Positions 57,273 through 64,000 of a stretch of DNA of 64,000 nucleotides are shown in pieces (position 1 is the first letter of the stretch; every line of letters starts with the position of its first letter). The stretch is from the human T2T-CHM13v2.0 reference genome, Homo sapiens. Below the pieces are notes generated by a model, which was not told where the DNA came from, did no database searches, and worked only from the letters and a program-made list of their open reading frames with translations. A program made the position numbers and the translations under genes. The stretch lies in the NCBI RefSeq assembly GCF_009914755.1, contig NC_060941.1; one strand, 5' to 3'.

Positions 57273-58828
57273 TGTATTGAGGTATAGTTGATATATAATG
57301 AACTTCATATACTTAAAGTATATAATTTGATAAGTGCTGCCACAGGTACACACCGGAGAAGCCACCGTCATAATCAAGAGAGTTAACATATCTATCATCA
57401 CCAAAATTTACCGCATACCCTTTGTAATCCCTCCCTCCCGCCCTCCCGACGTCCCCATCCCCAGGCAACCGCTGCATTTTCCAGAGTTTTGTATAAATGG
57501 AATTATACAGCAAGCTCTCTTTTGTGTCTACAGAACCCACATTCTTCTCTGTATTAACACTCTCTCTAAAGAACCCACAACTCTAGCTTAACCTCTTCTT
57601 TTTTAAAGGAACTATGAGAGTATAGATTGTTTTAAATGGTAGGTTCTAGAACATATGGGCTTGCAAAGCTTTCATCAGGCTCCTGCCTGAACCTCTGCCA
57701 CAGCATCTGCCTGGTGTCCCAGTACCTAGCCTGTCACTCCAGTCTCCTCCACACTGACACCACGTGAGCTCTGGAATCAGTGTCCTGGGTGCATCCCAGT
57801 CAGCCACAGGAACTGCTCCCAGACCCCTCAAACCACCAAATGTGGCGCCTTTCAGTGCACATGCAGCTCCCTGGCCGTGGACTCCTTCCCATCTTCTCCG
57901 TGTGAGGAACCTTGTTCATCCTTCCAGGCTCAGCTTAGTGTCCTTCCTCCAGGAAGCCCTTCCTCACGGTCCCTCTCTGGAGACAGAGGTGCTCACCCTG
58001 TCCTCTGTGGGGCTGCAGTGCCCCGCTCATGGTGCTGCCAGGGACTCATCTGCTACCTCGCCTGTGGCTCTCCCTGGGCTGAGCGCCTGGCCCGCAGTGG
58101 GCTTCACTCACTGTTAACTAAACAGAATGAAGCTACTATCTCCTCTGTACAGAGATGCCCCTTATGTTCCAGATGAAGGAGCTAAAAGAGATCTAGTGAC
58201 TGGCCTTAGTTTTAAAGGAACATATAAGAAAAAAAAAAAAAACCCTCCCCTCACCTTGCAAAAAGAACCAGAAACTAAATCTATCAGATGCCCTTAAACT
58301 AAGAAGGGAAGCTTAGGAAGTAGCTGGTTCCAGAGGCTCCTTCATTCCATTTACATCCCATTATCTCCTCGGCAACAATAAATGTGTCTCCTCAGCTACG
58401 TTAGCCAATTCCTCCTGGTTCCCTGGATTCTTGCTCTGATGCTGGAGTGGATAGGTGGTTGTCTGACCCCCACCATCTATTCTCCCTTCTAGTAACAGCC
58501 CCAATGTGTGATCTGGGGTGCACCCCTCCCCAGGTCTTGGCCCAGAAGGTCTGAGTGGGACTATCAGAGCCCTGCATCCACATGGATATAAGGACTAGCT
58601 CACACACGGGCACGTGCCAAAAGCTAGTCCAACCAGAGTGCATCGCAACACCTCTGCAGAAGTGGCGTGAAAGGACTCTAGCTCCTTCCCACTAAACTTG
58701 ATGCTGGGAGGATTTGATCCTCTCTCAGTGAAGCCACCTTGCCTCCTCTAGAAGCCTGAGACCATAGCCACATAGCAGAAGGCAGAGCTGAGACCCTGAG
58801 AAAAAAACAAGCCCAAATAACGTATTTG

Positions 58829-59127
58829 GGCCAGGGGTGATGGCTCACGCCTGTAATCCCAGCACTTTGGCAGGCTGCGATGGGTGGATTGCTTGAAGCC
58901 AGGAGTTTGAGACCAACCTGAGCAACACAGGGAGACCCTGTCTCTACAAAAAATAAAAAATTAACTGGGCATGGTGGCATGCGCCTGTAGTCCCAGCTAC
59001 TCAAGAGGCTGTGATGGGAGGATCACTTCAGCCTCGACTGCAGTGAGCTGTGATCACACCACGGCACTCAGCCCGGATGACACAAAGTGAAACTCTGTCT
59101 CAAAAAAAAAAAAAAAAAAAAAAAAAA
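58829..59127 (+). mobile_element. Alu inserted in an MLT-type LTR (~58390-59260)
   Basis: Dimeric Alu; MLT motifs either side. Confidence 0.85.
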
Positions 59128-60032
59128 GAATTCATTTGGGCCCTAAAACCATCTACCTGAAGGAAGTCCTTCCCCTAGACTTCTCAATGATCTGGGCCAA
59201 TTAATCCCCTTTCACCAAAGCAGCTGGGGTTTGTTTTGTCACTTGTATCTCAAAGGGTACTAACTGATGGACAGATCCTCACAAATTCTTCCACAATGCA
59301 ATCTGATGACTCCAGCTGTAAGGCAGAGTCGGACAGGACAGGGCTTCTCAAGTTCCTCCTGCTATCAATCATGACCATGCCAGTCCGACTCACCACCCAG
59401 AAATCAGAGGGGAACCCGTTCAAGGGTGGCCAAGACCATCAGGAGCAACCACAGGAGACATACCACCAAAGTCCCAAACCTGATGGGTAGACTCCACTGG
59501 CAGGCTTCCCCAAACTATATAAAGTAGTAATCAAATATTGTAAAATGCTAGTCGCGGAACAGATGGTTACCATCTGCAGTCCTCAAAATTAACATTTGGA
59601 AAGAGCACAACTTTGTTTCATTACTTAAAAACTCAAGCAATACTTAGTAACCAACCCAGCAAGTATGGGCGGCAGATTATTTTCAGCTCAATTATAATAC
59701 TTAGTCATTCTCAGTAATAACTAGTAGAGAATACATGTGTGGGTCCACTTAGAAGAGCTAAACTAAAAATGTTTTAATTTAATTTAAAGCGTAGGTTTGC
59801 TATTATTTAAGGGGCAATGAACCTCACAGCATCATTGCTAAAACTGCAGTCAATGCCTCTGGGCCTGGCAACACTTGCCTCCCTTGCCCTGCCCTTTGGA
59901 CTTGATCTTGGCCTCTGCATCCTGGCTCCCTGCCTCTGTGATGGCTCCTCCATCTTCCCAGGCAACCAAACCAAAATCATCACAGTCAACCCAGGTTCCT
60001 CCTTCTCCTCAATCCCCATGCCACTGGTTTCT

Positions 60033-60343
60033 TTCTTTTCTTTTCTTTTTTTATTTTTTTTTTTTGAGACAGAGTTTCGCTCTTGTTGCCCAGGCTGGAG
60101 TGCAATGGCGCAATCTCGACCGCAACCTCCGCCTCCTGGGTTTAAGCAATTCTCCTGCCTCAGCCTCCTGAGTAGCTGGGATTACAGGTGCATGCCACCA
60201 CACCCAGCTAATTTTCGTATTTTTAGTAGAGATGGGGTTTCTCCCTGTTGGTCAGGCTGGTCTCAAACTCCCGACCTCAGGTGATCCACCCACCTTGGCC
60301 TCCCAAAGTGCTAGGATTACAGGCGTGAGCCACCACACCCGGC
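60033..60343 (-). mobile_element. Alu (AluS-like)
   Basis: 18-bp TSD cccatgccactggtttct. Confidence 0.93.
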
Positions 60344-61064
60344 CCCATGCCACTGGTTTCTAATTCCTATCAAATTCCACCTCTGAATGCCCCTCATATT
60401 TTTCCCTTCCTCTCTACTCCACTGCATACCCTTGGTTCAGACTCTCTCTGAGACAACTGCAACAGCCCCTAGCTGGTCTCCCTGTCTTCCAGTCCATTTT
60501 CTGCCATCCTTCTCTGCCCAACAGCCAGAGTGAATCTTTCTAAAACATAAATCTCAAAGTGTCCTGTCCTTCCTAAAACCCCTAATATCCACCCCTGCCC
60601 CCATCATTCATGGCAACTTTTCCCAAAATGTAGAACAAATACCTGAAATTACTTTAAGTAGTATACAGCCAGTATTTTTTATTGTAATGATTTTATATTT
60701 ATTTTCATGTGTAATGAGGGGGGAAAAACACGTTTTCATAGGTATTAATGGCCTAAAGCAGTTTTTTCAAATGCTCATAAAACTGATTTTTTATGTATCA
60801 AATTGAAATGTGGACCCGGCAAAAATCATGAGGGTCCTGAAGTGTGGAAAGCACTGGTCTACAGAATAAAATCCAGGCTCCTGTCCATGGCCTGCAAGGC
60901 CCCTCTCGATCTGGCCCCTACCTACCCCTCATCTGCACCTCTCACCACCCACAGCCTAGTCCAGGCAAACTGAGCCCTGTATGGCACACTCCACAACAGC
61001 CCATGCTGTGTTTGCCTGTTATGGTCTCAGCACTGGGGCAGAATGTCTGGCATGGAGTAGATGT

Positions 61065-61112
61065 ACTTACTCATTGGGGTTCTCCAGAGAAACAGAACCT
61101 ATAGGAGGGAGG

Positions 61113-61153
<41 letters not shown>

Positions 61154-61525
61154 AGAGAGAGACAGAGGTTTATTACCATGAACTGGCTCATGCAATTATG
61201 GAGATTGGCAAGTCCAAAATCTGCAGAGCCAATGTCCCAGTTCAAGCACAAAGGCTGGAAGCTGCTGTAGAACCAGGAAGAGCTGATGTCCCAGTTTGAA
61301 AGCCACAGGCAAGAGAATTCTCTTACTCAGGGGAGGCTTAGACTTTTCGTTTAAGGCCTTCAATGGATTGGAAAAGGCTCACCCATATTATAGAGGGCTG
61401 TGTGCTTTACTCCATCGAACAATTTAAATGTTAATCTCACCCGCATTGAAACACCCAGAATAATGTTTGACCAAATACCTGGGCCTCCTGTGGCCCAGCC
61501 AAGTTGACACATAAAATTAACTATC
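61065..61525. mobile_element. MLT2 (ERVL) LTR with internal (TG)n
   Basis: gggttctccagagaaacagaacc...ttgacacataaaattaac. Confidence 0.85.
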
Positions 61526-62592
61526 CTGGTAGACATTCAATTTCTATTTTGAACGAATCCTCCTACTTCTGCCTACAGTGCTCCTCTCTGCTTCCTGAAT
61601 ACCTCCTGCCTCTTCCACACTCAGCTCTGTGGTCTGGCATCTCCTCCTCAGTGCCACCATGCTCAGTGGGAGGCCTGTGGTTACCTTGAAACAGCCTTCA
61701 TCACCCCTCATTACTCTAGGTCAGGCCTCTAGTTCAGGCTCTTGCTGGGGTTGCTGGAAGGGTATCCACCTGCCCTCAGGCCCCACCAGCCATTCTCCAT
61801 ATGGTGGTCACAGTGATTTACCAACTTCCTGAATGAAAATCTTCACTGGATGTGAAACGATAGTGTGAATTATGAATTTTCTTGGGTTATAAGACCGATG
61901 TGGTTATGTGGGAGAATCACTTTACTCTCAGGAGACGCAGGCAGAAGGATTTAGAGGTGACATGTCATCAGGTCTGCAGCCTCCTTTCAAATAGTTCAGC
62001 AAAAGACAGCACAGAGAGAAGAGTGAGGAAGATGAAGAAATGCAGCAGAATGTTCAGATCACGTTTAGATGGTAGGCATTAAGGGTGAACACCATGCTGT
62101 TATTTTAACTTCCATATATTTGGAAAATTTTCCTAATAAAAAATCGCTTTAAAAACACACCTGGCAGGAAGTCACCCAGCTTTTCTCCCTACATGTGCTC
62201 CAAGTGGCAGGAAACTCACAAGTCCCCCATTTTCGCTCTGCTCAAGCTATTGGAAAGTCCCTCCAGTTCTGAGTTAAAATTCCCCGCTGTAAAGTTCTAC
62301 TCACTCCACAAAGAGCTCTACTCTTTGGGACAAAATCTTCCCTCACCTCCTCCCAAGCCCAGCTTTTCATTATTCACAGTCAACTATCCCAGCCCCTCCC
62401 TAGTCCCTTTTCCAATGTAAGCAGCGGGGAGGTGCTGTCGCCTCTCAAAGTGTCTCCGTCCCACTTGCCCTCCTCTCAACACACGTACCTTTATTTTTGA
62501 TACCACTCTTAAACCTGCTGTCCCATGGGAAAACAACAGTTTGGCCATGCTCTGACCAACTCCACAGGCAGTGGCCCTGTCACCTCCTTTGA

Positions 62593-62993
<401 letters not shown>

Positions 62994-63359
62994 CTCCATG
63001 AGCTGTTCTTAAGTCTCTTTCCCCATCTTTTATTTTATGAGGTCATTCCAGAGTCACAATCTGCCACCATCCTTAGGGGGGTCTGTTATATCAACTCAAT
63101 TCAACAAAATAAGAGCACAGAAACAGTCACACCCCAGGTAAACACAGGGTAAGGACAAAGAGAAAGACAGTAACCCTATATACTGTAAGCATCAGTCAAC
63201 TACGCCATGCCATTCAGAGCATCTAGCACCTGTACAACTCTGGACCCAGCCCTAGGACCACAGAGATGAACAGTCTGGTGTACCTAGCTCTCTGACCCAG
63301 AGCCTTCTGCAAAGCCGATGGCTCCCATCCAGGGAATGAGTAGGACATGCCAAGTTTGA

Positions 63360-63550
63360 GAGCTTTTCATGTTACCTCATTTAATCCTCACAACAATATT
63401 TTAAGGGAGGTATCATTAGTCCCATTTTATAGATGAGGAAACTGAGGCCCTGAGAGGTTAAGTAATTTGCCAAGAGCAACAAGGCTAGTATAGAGCAAGG
63501 CCCGGAATAGAACCTAGGTCTATTTGATTCCAAAGACTATGCCCTTATCT
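63360..63550 (-). mobile_element. MIR
   Basis: cccattttatagatgaggaaactgaggc core. Confidence 0.85.
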
Positions 63551-64000
63551 GCTTCGTGAATCTACCTGCTATGTCTGAGCCACTCATAAAAATACTGACC
63601 AGATCAGGGCTAAGGACCCCACAAAGAACTCTGGCAGGGTTCATGCATGACCAGGTTCAAGCACTTATAAAGGCACTTGACTGCACTATTATCCAGTACT
63701 CCTCAATCTTCTCTACAAAACCTTGCTCCATGCCTTTCTGAAACCCAAGGACATCGTCTGCAGCTTCCCCCTGCATATAGATGGAAAAAAAAAATCAAAA
63801 GAAAGAAAGAGTCACCAGGCTGACATCAATTACACAGATAAAGGAAAGGAGCAACTAAAGAAATGCTTAACAACAAAGCTCTTACCAAATCCAAAGGAGA
63901 ATATGACAGAATTTTTAAAAAGAGAAAATAAAGCTACAAAGGGAATTTCCTGGAAGCCAAGTGTTATCACTGGCACAGATGTTGAGAAGCAGGCCCACAG

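Noticed and set aside
59817-60284. 155-aa ORF with hydrophobic N-terminus
   Set aside because: L2 fragment plus Alu-derived frame, antisense within a LYRM9 intron

Overview
Primate, almost certainly human, genomic DNA: Alu/L1/MIR/L2/ERV-rich, intron-containing, no prokaryotic features. The only supported protein-coding gene is LYRM9 on the minus strand. Its three coding exons (56092-55967, 53764-53672, 52888-52871) give a 78-aa LYR-motif protein; the promoter/first exon is not identified and probably lies right of the window. From recalled synteny (17q11.2), the left part is the intergenic region upstream of NOS2. The most striking structure is a near-identical ~2.83 kb inverted repeat (2512-5346 / 11300-14135, spacer ~5.95 kb). 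Its right arm is an inverted copy pasted into a MER57 LTR, whose middle ~190 bp is itself flipped. That LTR is nested in a 13.7 kb MER4-group ERV1 provirus (8502-22234, GGAC TSD) that also carries LTR8-like, LTR12 and Alu insertions and an env remnant. Other points of note: a small templated LTR-derived insertion at ~6.4 kb, NF-kB/STAT/AP-1/CEBP motif clusters, and a MER85 nested in Tigger2 nested in MER2. Repeat subfamily names come from recalled consensus sequences and need RepeatMasker/Dfam confirmation. Nearly all ORFs in the supplied track are spurious.
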